Source of the DNA: Takakia lepidozioides
Lineage: Eukaryota; Plantae; Bryophyta
Direction: 5' to 3'
Assembly: GCA_030704615.1 (NCBI GenBank)
Contig: CM060732.1
Location: 66,340,001 to 66,404,000, forward strand
DNA length: 64,000 nucleotides
Shown: positions 11,453-23,859 of the stretch, piece by piece
Numbering within the stretch: the first letter of the stretch is position 1
Layout of the letters: every line of letters starts with the position of its first letter
The notes under the pieces: generated by a model
Told to the model about the DNA's origin: nothing
The model's database searches: none
Seen by the model: only the letters and a program-made list of their open reading frames with translations
Translations under genes and position numbers: made by a program

Positions 11453-12207
11453 AAGTCTAAGACACGCGGATTTCATGAGCGGACTCCTCCAAATTTGGAA
11501 ATGCGGCAGATTAAACAAGTATTAAAATAATAGTTTTTTAATTTGACCTTGCCGTTTTTGGAAGTTCCAGATCCTGTAATGCGGCGAAGATATGTCGTCA
11601 GTAACAAGTCCGCTCATGGTTTTTTAGATCCGCTCATGGAAATGAGTGACCGTGCAACGAGAGATCCAGTATACCACGGCAAAATGACGTCGCATACTGG
11701 CCTGTATAGAGTATTCCGCGGTTTTACATGCCTTAACATTGGAATGAAGCTGACCCTTTTGCCGCGATTGAACCAATAGAGTCTGCACAATTCTGTCATC
11801 TTCGGGTATTCGGCGGGAAAGGTTTGCGAGTCAACTGGGAAATGCAGTGCCGCATTAGGGTTCGCACGTGTGAAATTTCTGGGCGGTTTGGTGTTGGCGA
11901 AGGCCGCATCTACCAGTACCTACGACGTTACTTGGAAATGCGGCGCCGCATTTCCTTGCCAGGGGTCGAATGAGGAAAGCAAAGTTTGGGAGAGCAGAAA
12001 AACAGGAACCCTCCAACACACAAAAATACATGCACGTGGAAACACGAGTGAATGACATAGTATTATCTTAGTTCGAGCAAAACATGTTACTGGTAGGAAG
12101 ACATAAGTCGGACCTTTCTGTGGCCAGAGTCAGAGCTACTTGCAGCAGTACAGTTCTACTATCCGAAAAGGATGGGCGTACCATTGTGTTGGGACTGCAA
12201 GCCAAGC

Positions 12208-13213
12208 TCACTGGTCCCCTGGATCCATATTCAGAAGAGTGTGCACCTCTTGGGGGCTCAACCCTGGTGCATGTATGAAGTGATGAGTTGTGGAATTACA
12301 CCGGAGTCTCTTTAGGTACACGTAGTACAAATGCTTGCAAGGGCAGTATGATGCCCCCTTGTTCGCCATGATCTGGAAGTCGGTGCAATTGCAGGTGGGT
12401 AATTCTAAAATGGTGATGGTGTACACCTCATTGCGAATAGCTGAGCCTGCCGTGGCCATCTGATACACACGCCCGAAGCCTGGTGGGGGCACTTCTGTCG
12501 AGCTCTGGATTGTACAGTTCATCCGAAGTGCATTCCCCATCCTTGTCTCGTTCACTTTTGAGGGAGGTCGCCGCCTCTTCAGTTTCCCCCAACGGTGTGT
12601 AGGATGCTTAGAGCTGTCGGGTCCCATTGTTCTTGCTCTCACAGGGGTCGGTGGTGGAGGCTGTGGAAGCGGAAATGGTTGTCTGGGGACGTCAGTGTGC
12701 TGCACCATCCAAAATCCTGCGGCGGTAAGGGCGTCGGCCTCAACCTGACTCAGATCGCAGCCTGGTTCCACCGGCCACACCGGGGGAGCCTCTGGCATTG
12801 TTTGTATGCCGTACTTGGGCTTTCCATACACGCAAGTCATAATGTCGTGCCTGCAGAACCAGAACTGGGTGGTTGTCGCCTCCGCAAACTTTGCATGGAC
12901 AAATCTTCCTGTAAAAGTAGGAGCAGGGACAGCCCCATCTGGATTCCTCCTTACTCATCTCTAAACAACGTTGCCGTGTATCCACTCGAATTGCGGAACA
13001 CCTCCCTCGAAACGACGACTTTGTGCGAGCAATTCTCCACTGTGACGCAGATACAGTTGTCTCCACAATGGCTTGGCCATACTGCATAACAGCGGGCGGA
13101 ACCTGGGGCAAGCGAGCGGTGGGAATTTCTCGCACGGAATCCCCACTTGAAGGCGATGGCGATCTGGAATTTCTTGGGCTTCCACTGCTGGAAGACACAT
13201 TGTGCGGCAACAT
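12208..13213 (-). pseudogene. SWIM zinc-finger ORF, one frameshift, probably transposon-derived (MULE-like)
   Basis: YTITI..LPTCNCTDF....CPCKHLYYV SWIM motif. The upstream ORF 12740-13213 joins by a frameshift (WRIART..C..GVPAPTF..FWFC..WPV). Confidence 0.65.
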
Positions 13214-13398
13214 GACGGGCCCTCGAGGTGCTGTCCGAATGTTCCTGTCGGATCTCCAGGAATCCTCTTCGCACCCGGGTTCCTCTTCAATCCTCCGCCT
13301 CCTTCAATCGCACCCGGGTTCCTCTTATAAATATTCCAAGTTACTGGTAGTTATCGAATCACTGAAAGTAACTCAGGAAACTGCTTAAGAAGCTTCAT

Positions 13399-13520
13399 GG
13401 TTGAGGAAGTTTCTCAAGAGACTTCCCTTGGTCAAGGAAACTTCTCAGGAGACTTCTTTCGGTTGAAGAAGCTTCTGAGTAGACTTCCCTTGGTTGAGGA
13501 AGCTTCTTATGAAACTTCCT
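13399..13520. repeat. 31-bp tandem repeat x4 with internal GAAG..CTTC dyad
   Basis: Units resembling GGTTGAGGAAGCTTCTCAAGAGACTTCCCTT, upstream of the SWIM ORF. Confidence 0.8.
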
Positions 13521-14361
13521 AGTAGCCAATATATATAGGAGGCGAGACTGGACACTCTTCAGTCTCGCCAACACAAGATCAAGCTACTCTTGTTTCCAGT
13601 TCCAGTACCCCAGTCCAATCTCCAGTACTCTAGTCCAATTTCTAGTATTTCTTGTTATTGTTATAAAGATCATCTTGATTCATGTTTACTCATCATGCAT
13701 TCGACCACGCCGACCTTGGCTTCTTGTCTGGTCTTGTACCTCTAGTCTGATATCTTGTTTATGTTCATTCATGTTTTTGTCCTTGACATTACCTCCCATT
13801 CCACTATATGCAAGGGGTGTTCTTCAATACAAATTCATGTGCTTGCTCCACCACGATGTTTGATAGTTTCACCCCGCTTGATTTTTTTGGGAAAAACCAT
13901 GTCATTGTTCCGCACATTATCATCTTCCTTCCACATTGGAGGGGCTTCTTTGTCCACCCTTCTCATGTACTACGTACATATTAACACCATAGCATTTTGC
14001 AATGTGTACCGCTCCGTTATTGCAATGATAATGATGCATTGTATAATGTTGTGGTAGTCAATACACGAATAAATGACGATCATCCATTCTTCTCAATGGG
14101 CATTTGCACGAATGGGTGGACCAAAGTCAATGGAAGTCCATGAAAATAAATTTTTTTGAGCCAATTTTGTTAGTTTATTTTACGAAAAATAGATAGTAGT
14201 ATACCAAATATTTTTAGTAAATAGTCCCCTCTTAGTTATTAATTATTAGATATTTTAATCTGACGTCAATATTTATAGTTTACAACCAAGTTTTGTCCAG
14301 ATACCACCTAACCATTGTAGATTAAAGGCTTGTATGCCTTAATTATGTCGGCTTCGGTCGG

Positions 14362-14365
<4 letters not shown>

Positions 14366-14397
<32 letters not shown>
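14366..14397. repeat. (CT)n microsatellite
   Basis: Direct read. Confidence 0.95.
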
Positions 14398-14401
<4 letters not shown>

Positions 14402-15129
14402 AGTTTGTATGGAGGCTTTTGGTAAAAGATGACACCCCAAAAACCCAAAACATAATCTCATGTTCTATCTCTTGAATTTTCCAGCTTTCACCATCAAATC
14501 ATGTTCTCCAGCCTATGCATCTCACTCTCCCAAGAAAAAGAAAAAGAAAAGGGAAAAACCGTTCGACTATCTAGCCACTGGTTAAGTAGCTGCATTCGAG
14601 TTCCACGTCCCCGTTCATCAAGGATTGCCGCCCAAGGGCGTTGCCTACCAGCAGTGCCTAATACCTCCAGCCTCTATTTCTGACACGTTAAACATGATGC
14701 AGCTAACCAGCTCCAATATTAACCGCCAAGCATAAAAGAAGCGCCGTAATGCTACTGCAAACCGCTGCGCACATAGGTCGTGCCTAAACCTTGAACTCGT
14801 AGAGTGCACCGTTGCTTGGTTCATGCCCTCCTTACAGGTATACAGACTAGTTAGCCCAAATGAACGACGTACTGCTTGGATGTAGTAATCCATCCACGAC
14901 AGTCATCCACGTAAATTATCCACGGACTTCATCCAAGGAATTAGCCACACAAAACAACCCAAGGCTTAAGGCTTATCTAGATCAAAAAGCAAAACAAACA
15001 GGGCCATAGATTTTCACCACAATCACTTTCACTCAACTCACTGCGATGGCGCCGACAATCAAGCACGCACTCAAAGCCTCATTAATGAGGAAGTGGATTG
15101 GGCAGTTAGCCCAGTCCCATCATATCAAC

Positions 15130-15267
15130 TCGAAAGTCGATCCAGGGCCAGTCGAGATGCATCTCGACTGCTTCATACGACACTGCCTGGTAGACGATGG
15201 AAGTTCGGTAAATATCATGTCACTTTTCACTTTGTCCAAATTAGGATTGGACATGATAGGGGTTTGA
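15130..15267 (+). mobile_element. Ty3/Gypsy aspartic protease relic
   Basis: IRHCLVDDGSSVNIMSL..L.KLGL matches the retropepsin LVDxGSSVNIM motif. Confidence 0.6.
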
Positions 15268-15929
15268 GAATTTTGTTTGTTGAACCTGTATGAAATGGAG
15301 TCTTGTTGAGAAGTTTGACAATCCCAGTGCCCCAGCCGCAACTTCGCCAACCCCAAGCACTCCACCTGCACCAAGCCCCTCACCAAGCCTGCTCACCTCT
15401 ACTCCTCTTGACCCTGTTCCTGTACTTCTGCAGCAACCACAAGCACAACCAACTTAGCATACCCTGAAGATAGGAAAAAACTACTTGCACTGGTATTGAA
15501 ACCAGTTGTAGTGTTTGTGCCGGCACCAAATTGGAAGCCACTAGTGAGTTGCTTGAAACCCAACCTACATAATAGTAGAACTATCTAGAAAGTCAACTAA
15601 TGAACTACTAAAAATAGCTAGTGACTACCTACATGGCCCACACCCTACATTTGTGGGGCCACCGACAACACCCTACATTCATGGGCCATGTGTTTTTTTT
15701 TTTTTTTTTTTTTTTGGGGCTTTGTTTTTCACCTCACAAGTTAAATTGTCCCTACCCACACCCCTCGCCTGCCACCTCATTCGTCAAACCCTCTAATTCC
15801 TGGACCACAGTAAATCTTGGACCACTCTAGAAACAGGGCCGCATGAAACTGCTCTACATAGGGGAATCTTCCTTTAGTATTAGGTTGGCCCATCAATGAA
15901 AGTCCCTTATAACGTTGGATCCACAAGAT

Positions 15930-16260
15930 ATTCCAACATAATTTGACAGAAGCTGGGATGATCCAGCAGAATGAGAAAAATAATGCAGGACAGGTGTAAG
16001 AAGGAGAGGCAAACAAGGGTATTGTTGTGGACAAAGTGCATCCACAAATTGAGGAAATCCATGGTGAGCTGAAGAAATTGAAGGATGCTGGTTATGTGCT
16101 GGACATGCACTTTGTGTTGCCTGAGATGGAAGAGCAACAAAAGGAGGAACGACATGGAAGAGCATCAAAAGGCAGTACATGTCGTTCCTGCTGCACTGAC
16201 GAGCTGGCCATTTCTTTTGTTCTTGTGGAGATTACTCGTAAGACAAACCCCGCACGAAAG
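15930..16260 (+). pseudogene. Degenerate PPR E2/E+/DYW domain fragment
   Basis: MRKIMQDR, HPQIEEIHGELKKL..DAGYVLDMHFVL.EMEEQQKEE, and ELAISFVL (compare HSEKLAIAFGL). HxE is lost and the frames are broken. Confidence 0.7.
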
Positions 16261-17539
16261 AGAGTGTTGCATAAAGTAGGAAGTTGATGTATCTCATTTT
16301 CAGCAAATTTTGAATATTTTCTCCTGAGCTGCTAATTTGAGAATTCAGGAATGTTCATCAAATCAGTGTGATGCATTGAAGTCATGGAAAATGAAACAAA
16401 TGGCAGGGAAGAACAATTTGGAACTAGAATTCTCCGAACTTTTGAGTTGTGGGCGGTGAACAAAATAATGTTGAACAAGAGGACCTCCAGAAGATGAAGG
16501 GGATGATCTCATATATGACTTCTTTCTCTAGAGTAACTAAGAAACATCTCATAAATTTTGGCGCTAGTACCCTTTCACACGTTTTCTTCTACCCTGAAAA
16601 CAGCCTTGTATGAATGGAAGATGGCAACCTCAGTTGAACAATGCCTATCCACCCCTACTCCCTGCCCGACTTTGATATTGTGTCTTGCTAGACTTAAGAT
16701 CCTCACTGGAACTTCTATGTGGCAATTCTATGGTTGGGCTTCATTTTGTCTTCTGTCATCCACAACCATGCCAAGTTTTAGAATGATTCGAAGTTAGGGG
16801 ACTAGTGCCGAAGTTTTGTTGAGGGCTGTTCTCTTGATGATACCCTACCAAATTGTATGTTTCAGACAGCTTCCCATCATCTCCAGACACATGCCCAGGT
16901 CTCCTTCTTGCCCAATGTTTGGTTGATCAGTAACATCACCGTAGCTCCTCCTACACTTTTTGAAAACTGTTTTCCTTTTGACCCACTTAGACTACACATT
17001 CAAATTTTGATGTAAATAAAAAGAGTACTATTATAGTGGAATCTCCAATAACAAGCAAGTAAATTTGCATGTGACCTTCCTTTCATTGGAATCACACCGA
17101 CGCCCATTGATGGTGAGAATGCAGTTTGAGAGTGGACTCTGAACAAGATGACACCTCTGATTTCTTACAGAGCAAAAGTGCCTACTGCATATTATGATCA
17201 AATGATCAAGCAAAGGAGACAGCAATTGCGATTCTTCATATGGCAATGCAATGCAGATTTCCAGCAGAATCGTAGATCATCTTTTGAATTGATTACCGGG
17301 AGATATGCAAAAGAGGGTCAGTTACAAGTTACCTACCGGCAAACTTGTAAGGGAATAAATGCTTGGTTGAATGTAGGAGCTCCAAGCTGCTGCAAACCTC
17401 CTGCAAAACTGTAAATTGAGATCCTTGAAGTCTAGAAGAGATGGAAATAGAAGATGCCAGCCGGAAGCTAGGCTCGGAGTAAAGAGCCTCTTCCTGGACC
17501 ACTGAACTTCAACTGTCCCCACTTAGACGAGCGATCGTC

Positions 17540-18205
17540 CATACATTGCTCGAGCACGCCTGGAGGGATTGGCAGTGTTAGTTGCTAGTGCTCGCACTGC
17601 TGCCTTTGTTACCATGATGACTTCCAGGGGGCACCAACAAGCCTCCTGCTGTGGGAATTCCAGTGGCAAACTCTGCAATTCTCAAGGGGCTTTCCAATAG
17701 CCATGAAGGGAATTTGAAGTCCCCGACTTGACGATCAGGTGCCGTAGATAAGCCCCGGCTTCAAGATAACTCCAGCATATCATGGGAAATTGCACCGCAA
17801 CGCATATTCAGCAGCTCTCTTGTCCTCATGGTAACCTTGCAACAAAACGGAAGCTAATCCAAACTCCACAGCTGATATATAGACAAATGTCACTCCGGCC
17901 TCGGCGGCAGCATTGATGGCATTCATGTTTGGATATTCTCCCTTGATTCTACGCATTTGCTCATTCGTTCCGAACCCACCCACACAGGAAATCATTGCAC
18001 TTGCCTCCTTGAAAGGCTCTTTCCAATCGTCAGCAGGATGATCCAACAAGTTCCCTTAGCAAACAACCTTGCCCAACCGTGGCTCCCGCACTCTTGGTAT
18101 CTCAGACCTGCTTAAATTACTTGTAACTTGAAGATCCCTGGTGACAGCCTCCTTGCAGACATGCGTGCCCACAAACCCAGTTCCTCTCAATACTACCAAC
18201 GACCA
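17540..18205 (-). pseudogene. Intronless pseudogene of an atypical SDR / NAD(P)-dependent epimerase family protein
   Basis: LVVLRGTGFVGTHVCKEA, ISCVGGFGTNEQM, FVYISA..FG...GY.E.KRAAE and GVILKPG.IYGT, all contiguous with frameshifts/stops and no introns. Confidence 0.75.
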
Positions 18206-19212
18206 ATCCTCTGATTTGGTCTCTCTGACACAATGGCAGACCTGCGTGGGATACGTATGTGCGCCATGGCTTGCCCCGCTTCCTCCTCCCAAACCACACT
18301 ACTGTACGCAAAACATACAACACTAAAACACTGGGGGCACCCAGTACGCGAAACAGTGAGAAATACAAAACCAATGCAAAACCCACAAGAATGAGAGCCC
18401 ACATATGCAACACCCACGGACACACACACCAATGGACTTTCTAGCACGGCAACAAGCCATTTTCCTTTCCACCCTAGAAGGAACCGGGAGGGAACCGGAG
18501 ATCACCAATTGAGCGAAGACTGAAGTCTCTTCCACCCATGCACACTCTTACTTTGCTATGAATTGTCTCTCCCTGTTTTCTCGTGTTATGACCCTTCCAA
18601 AACAGAGAATTCCTCAACAGGCAAAAACAGATGTGACCACTTTCATGACTTCAGTTGGTGTCTTTGTGACTCTATCTTTGTCTCCCCCCTCTATGACCCA
18701 TCGTCTTCGTAACAATAAAAGCCTGTTTATTTTGGTGAGCATCATCCTGTGATGAAAGACTTGAGTGGTTGGATGTCTCGAACAGAACATGCCAGTGCAG
18801 ACTCTCCTTCCTCAGCCACCAAGTTCATTTATGTGACATGTCAATAACAGCATTCATTAAACGCTGGATAAGGAAATTTACACAAACCATAAATGTACAA
18901 TCTTTTGGCATATAAATCCAAGTACAAACTTTTGGGCCGAGGTATAAACACGGGTATGGGTGTAATGCACCACTGCATGCAGTATGTTGTGCTCTGATTT
19001 CTACAGGACTACAAACTCTCTACAGGGTTTTAGTAGCTACTCTTGATGCCTACTGATTTTTTGAAGAAGCCAAAACACGAAAACTGGCAGCAGCAGCAAC
19101 AGCAGCGTGTATTTGTGCTCAGGCACCTGCTTTCCATATCAAGTGGAGGACGAAGCTCTGAAAGAAAGTAAGCTTGTACTGGTCTTGGTGCGTGATCTGA
19201 GATAGTAGTGGA

Positions 19213-21208
19213 TCAGACTGAGCGCTGGAAGGGGAAGGGGAGCGGCCGGTGCAGGGTGGCAATGGACTCGAGAGGGGTGAGCATGGGCGTCAATCCGCCG
19301 CTGGAGACCTCGCAGCGCTGACCTCGGGCGGGAGCGCAGTGGAAGCTGTGCACGAGATTGCCCACAGCGATGCACAGCAGGGGAGTGCTCAGGTTTGCAC
19401 CGGGGCAGGATCTGCGGCCGACTCCGAAGGGGAATATGCGCGTTTGTGGGTCCGAGAGCAGCGCCAGGTTGAAGGTCTCCCACCGCTCGGGCCTGAACAC
19501 CCGAGGGTCGGGCCAGATTTTGGAGTTGATGCCCAGCTCGATGTTGCTCTCCATCACTTGGGTGCCCGCGGGTATATCGTAGCCCATCACTTTGGTTTGC
19601 GATATGCTCGTGCGTGGTACCCCGAATGGACCGGAAGGGTGCAGGCGGAGATCTCCTTGATAACACACTTGAGGTAGTGCAGATTAGGCACGTCAGAATC
19701 ACTTACGATGTGGTCGCTGCCAACCACGCTGTCGAGCTCTTTCTGGAGTTTTTGCTGCACTTGAGGATGGCACACTAGCTCTGCTATTGCCCACTCAGTG
19801 TGATTCACGGGCACGTCCAATCTGACCACATCAAATCCTGCATAACATTACACGAGAGGCTTGCGCAGTCAGAAAGCACGGGTGCACATCCGGCCACACC
19901 TTCAAGGATCGAAACATGCCAGTCTGTTGCAAGCATACTGCGTTGCCAAGGATTAGGTTTCATCGACCAAGACGTACATTGTAGTAGAAATTCATAATGG
20001 ATCAACTGGTTCAATTCCAATGCTTACAAGAATCAGCGCCTTGATGATGATGTCCTCCAAATGTTCCTCACCGTTCTCGCCAGGAAGATCTAGCAGCACG
20101 TCCACGAAGTCATGAGTGCGAGTCTTGGACTCAGAAAGCGTGTCACCATTTGCCCGCTGTTTCTTGCCTGCGCGGTGCTCGTCAACAATGGCTTGCAGTT
20201 TCACGTCCAATGCCACATGTACCTGTGGAGGCAGCAACGTTCAGGTCCAATTTAGTTCGTTCAGCTGTCCGATTGAGCAAATCAGATCGGAAATCGACAT
20301 CCAACACAAACCCTCACAATTTTGAAGACTCGGAAGGCTCTTACCACACACGAGTCTGAAACAGACCGACAGACTTGATCAAATTTCAAGGTCATGGACT
20401 CGGCTTGGATGGGGAGGTTTTTCAATGCCCAACTGGTGTACATACCCACTTCACCTTCGTTTTGTAACCTTGTAAGTCCAAGGGTGCAAGCCAAGGAACG
20501 AAGTCGCCGATGTTCATGACCCCAAATAGTTCAAAGGATTCCATGAGCAGGCGCATCACGTCTTGGGTGTCGTCTTGATCGGCCGAATGAGTGCCGAAGT
20601 ATTTCTTGCGGGCCCAAGATCATGTCCGTCAAGATGTTCATGCTGAATTTCTCAATCTTGTGTCTGACGTCCACTTCGGTCCCGTTCTTGCTCGTCTGCG
20701 ATACAGCCTCCAACATTTCACAGGCTTCCTCCTCCCTTCTGGGTGCAAAGGATTCTACCCGCTTGTTAGAGAGCAGCTCCATTACACAGATCTTACGCAT
20801 GGCTCGCCAGTGCTCACCAGGAGGTGCCATGATGAAGTCGAGCACGCCGCATGTCAAGTACTGGCCACAGATGGTCGTTGGACGCGAACTGAAGACATTA
20901 TCCTGCTCCTTCATGATTTCATTCAGGATCTCGGGGTCGCAGGTGATCAGTGCCGGCAGAGAGCCGAGCCTGAGGAACACGATGGGGCCATACTTTTTGG
21001 TCAATTCCGCCACCGTGAGATGTGGTTTGGCCCCCAGACTGAGGATGTTGCCCACAATGGGCCATGGCCTTGGTCCCGGAGGATAATTGAGCTTGGGTTG
21101 GCGAGCATGTCGGATGATCGCGACCAGCACAACTGCAGCTACTGCTACCAGCACCTGCATCCATCCGAAGCTCGGAAGCCGCACAGACTGCAAGAGCGAG
21201 GAATCCAT
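19213..21208 (-). pseudogene. Cytochrome P450 (CYP71 clan, CYP703-like) pseudogene with 2 introns
   Basis: PPGPRPWPIVGN, ITCDPEI..EI...QD.VFSSRP, FRPER and FPFGVGRRSCPG. Frameshifts near 20610, 19810 and 19650; the I-helix AGxDT is destroyed. Introns at about 20223-20454 and 19838-20027. Confidence 0.85.
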
Positions 21209-22257
21209 GCCCCCAGACCGCTGCAGCTGAGACTGATCTTCTAGAGCGGGATGTGCAGCGAACTGAGTTCCTGACTTGCGACTGGGGAGGAGGAGCTTAT
21301 CTAGTCTTGCATGGAGACTGACTTCGCAGCGCTCGTGTACGTGAATTCACGGGAAGGTGACGATGTCAACAAAGTTCAATATAGCATCGTATTCTTACAT
21401 GGCTTAAAAAAACCGGGGGGGGGCTGATCAATATGGTCCATCTCTAGTCACGCATCTCTGGAGGATGCAGGGCCATGACTACAAAATTTGAATGTTTGGC
21501 CTCATTCTTTACTTCTTTTGCGTTCCTAACCGTTGATGAGCGCATTTGTTTAAAGTCCGCTGATCTTCAAATGTTACTTGTGCCATGCTAACCCTTGAAC
21601 GCCTGCGAGGCCAAAGATTTTTCAGGAACCATAACTTTTTCAGATCTTGATCAAATTTTGCAAAATCAGGGCCGTGGATTTTCTCCCAGCGTCTAGTTTG
21701 CAGATGGAACCTTGATAGCCCTAATTCCTGATTAGCTAGTCGCAATTGCGACTTTTCTGGAGGGGGTATGTGGCCAAGCGTGGAGGTTCCCGCGTTGTGG
21801 TTGTGCACGCTCCACGTTTGCAGGTGGTCTGACACCCCTGCTTTGACCAACCACCAGCAGATGTACACTTGGCCAATTTGAGCACTTTTTGGCTTGTTGG
21901 ATGTAGGATGTGGTGGGGATGACTAGTGAGATGCATCAGCCCAATCGAGTTCCATCCCGTCATCCAAATTTCAGGAAAACCACTTGCAATTTTATTTTTA
22001 TTTTTTTTGCCCCAAAAATGCACCCCACATGCAACAGTGGCGTTAAAAAATGGCGTTTTTCTGATTTCCATCCGATTGGCCTGGAACTTGGCAGGTGTAT
22101 GCAGGGGGTAGTTAGGAAGATAATGTCCTGTCAAATTTCCAAAATCCCTTTTTCCCCGGAATTTACAGGGTTTTTTCATCCCCGGGTAGTGATTTTGGGA
22201 AAAGTCAAACTTACCCGGTGGGTGTTTACCCAGTGGGTTTTTCTCCGTGAAAACCAC

Positions 22258-22436
22258 ATAAAGATAAAGATAAAGATAAAGTTTCTTTAACGTCCAGTGA
22301 ATTTACAGAGCCTACTGCTCAACACACCCAATGAACGGTCTGAAGGCACATGTTGAAGGATTGAACCCATGATCACCTAGGTTATGCACAGGCAAGGCAC
22401 AAACACCCAACCACTGGGCTACCTGCTCAAGTGCAC
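22258..22436 (-). mobile_element. tRNA-derived SINE, copy 1
   Basis: Reverse complement of 32182-32369 with a 14-bp internal deletion. A box TAGCCCAGTGG, B box GGTTCAATCC and (TTTATC)n tail. Confidence 0.85.
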
Positions 22437-22621
22437 ATAAGGAAAATACTTTGAACATACATCAAATGACACCACCAGGAATGATAGTCAAAGGGATAAA
22501 TGAGCGGATATGTATGCCAGCAGAAATACATATAGTAGACGGACATAGGGTCATTCTGCGTTAATAGAGTCTACATGGTGTGTAAATATAATTGTAAAGG
22601 CTTCTCATTGAACAATATTAA

Positions 22622-22775
22622 GGTCTTGAATGCCTACGCATGTGGCTGCGGCGGGCCCGCGTGTGGCAGAGGGGGGTTGCTGAGTGTGGGAGTGCCGACC
22701 CTGCCAATGTGTGGGCGACCCGGTGAATGTTATGAGCTCACCCCATGGGACGAGGCCCATAGGTGCATTCAAGAC
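22622..22775. mobile_element. Small MITE (Tourist/PIF-like)
   Basis: Inverted ends GTCTTGAATGC / GCATTCAAGAC flanked by TAA and TTA; GC-rich core in AT-rich context. Confidence 0.5.
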
Positions 22776-22834
22776 TTAGAGGCATTTTAAATATGTAGAA
22801 GGAGCTTGAAAGGTAGAAACCTTACAATTATCAC

Positions 22835-22865
<31 letters not shown>

Positions 22866-23859
22866 AAATCTCGCTGGGGATGTTGTACACATATGTTTAT
22901 AAAAATTCATAGATTGGGTTTTAAATTTCCAAATTGTTTAAGTTTGCTGACCTTTGAGTTCTGGCATAAAAATTTGGGGTGTTTGAGCTCATGGGAATTC
23001 AATTTTAGACAATTAGTTTTATAGGTTTTGTCGCATGAGCACGGTTTTCATGATAATTTCGCAATTTTTTTTCGTGAACGCGGTTTGGTTCGCTATGACA
23101 TCCTCTTAGGCTTTTTAGGGAATATACGAAATATGCCTACTTGCTTGCATAAGCAAGCTCACACCAATGTGAGCATGATCACACGCTATCCAACCTCTCC
23201 AAGACATGTGCCGTAGGAGCCACCGAGGGATTGTGTGGTCCAATGGTTTATCTTGATGTGCCTGCATTAATGAGGTTGAACCATCTAGATTTAGGATGTG
23301 ACACACGGAAGTTTTTGAAAATGCCAAACTCCTTGGATATGTTGGATCCATTGATTAGTGCTTACAGTGGAGAAGAAGATGCGGCTATGTGTCCATTTGA
23401 GGAGGTTGCGTGGCATAAGCTGCGATGCTTGTTAGGGTAAAATAAAATTAAAAAAGACAAGAAAAAAGGTGGACGCGTTGGCAACGTAACTTATGGTGTC
23501 ACTTGACCCCATAGGGCTATTGCCTTCCAGTGGGAAGGTGGACACCATAAAATGTTACGATTATGTGTTTGGGTCTAATGAGCAGTACAATGAATCCATG
23601 TTTTCATCACTTTAACAATTTGGTAGTCATGGAATTGCTATCTATAAATAAGAGTAGAGAGACCCAAATGACATTGGCGTTGGATCTCGACTTATACAAA
23701 GACATATGTATGATTTTTTATTTTTATTTTTCTTAAACTCAATTTATCATATGGAAAGTGCATTGGTAATTCTTTGCGTTTTTTGACCCTTATGCCATGA
23801 CCTATTTGGGAACTAGAGGCTCATGTCAGTAAATATGTTGCAGTGGCATTCAATGGCAG

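Noticed and set aside
13399-13520. 31-bp partly palindromic repeats resembling a CRISPR array
   Set aside because: Units are directly adjacent with no unique spacers, there are no cas genes, and the context is eukaryotic.
11369-14231. TIR pair bounding the SWIM element (GAGG..ACTATTT)
   Set aside because: The match is short and gapped and there is no target-site duplication.
19139-21244. Long overlapping or antisense ORFs over the P450
   Set aside because: Explained by the GC-rich codon bias of the P450 pseudogene.
21414-22257. Probable DNA transposon fragment
   Set aside because: Composition looks TE-like, but no paired termini or coding signature could be shown.
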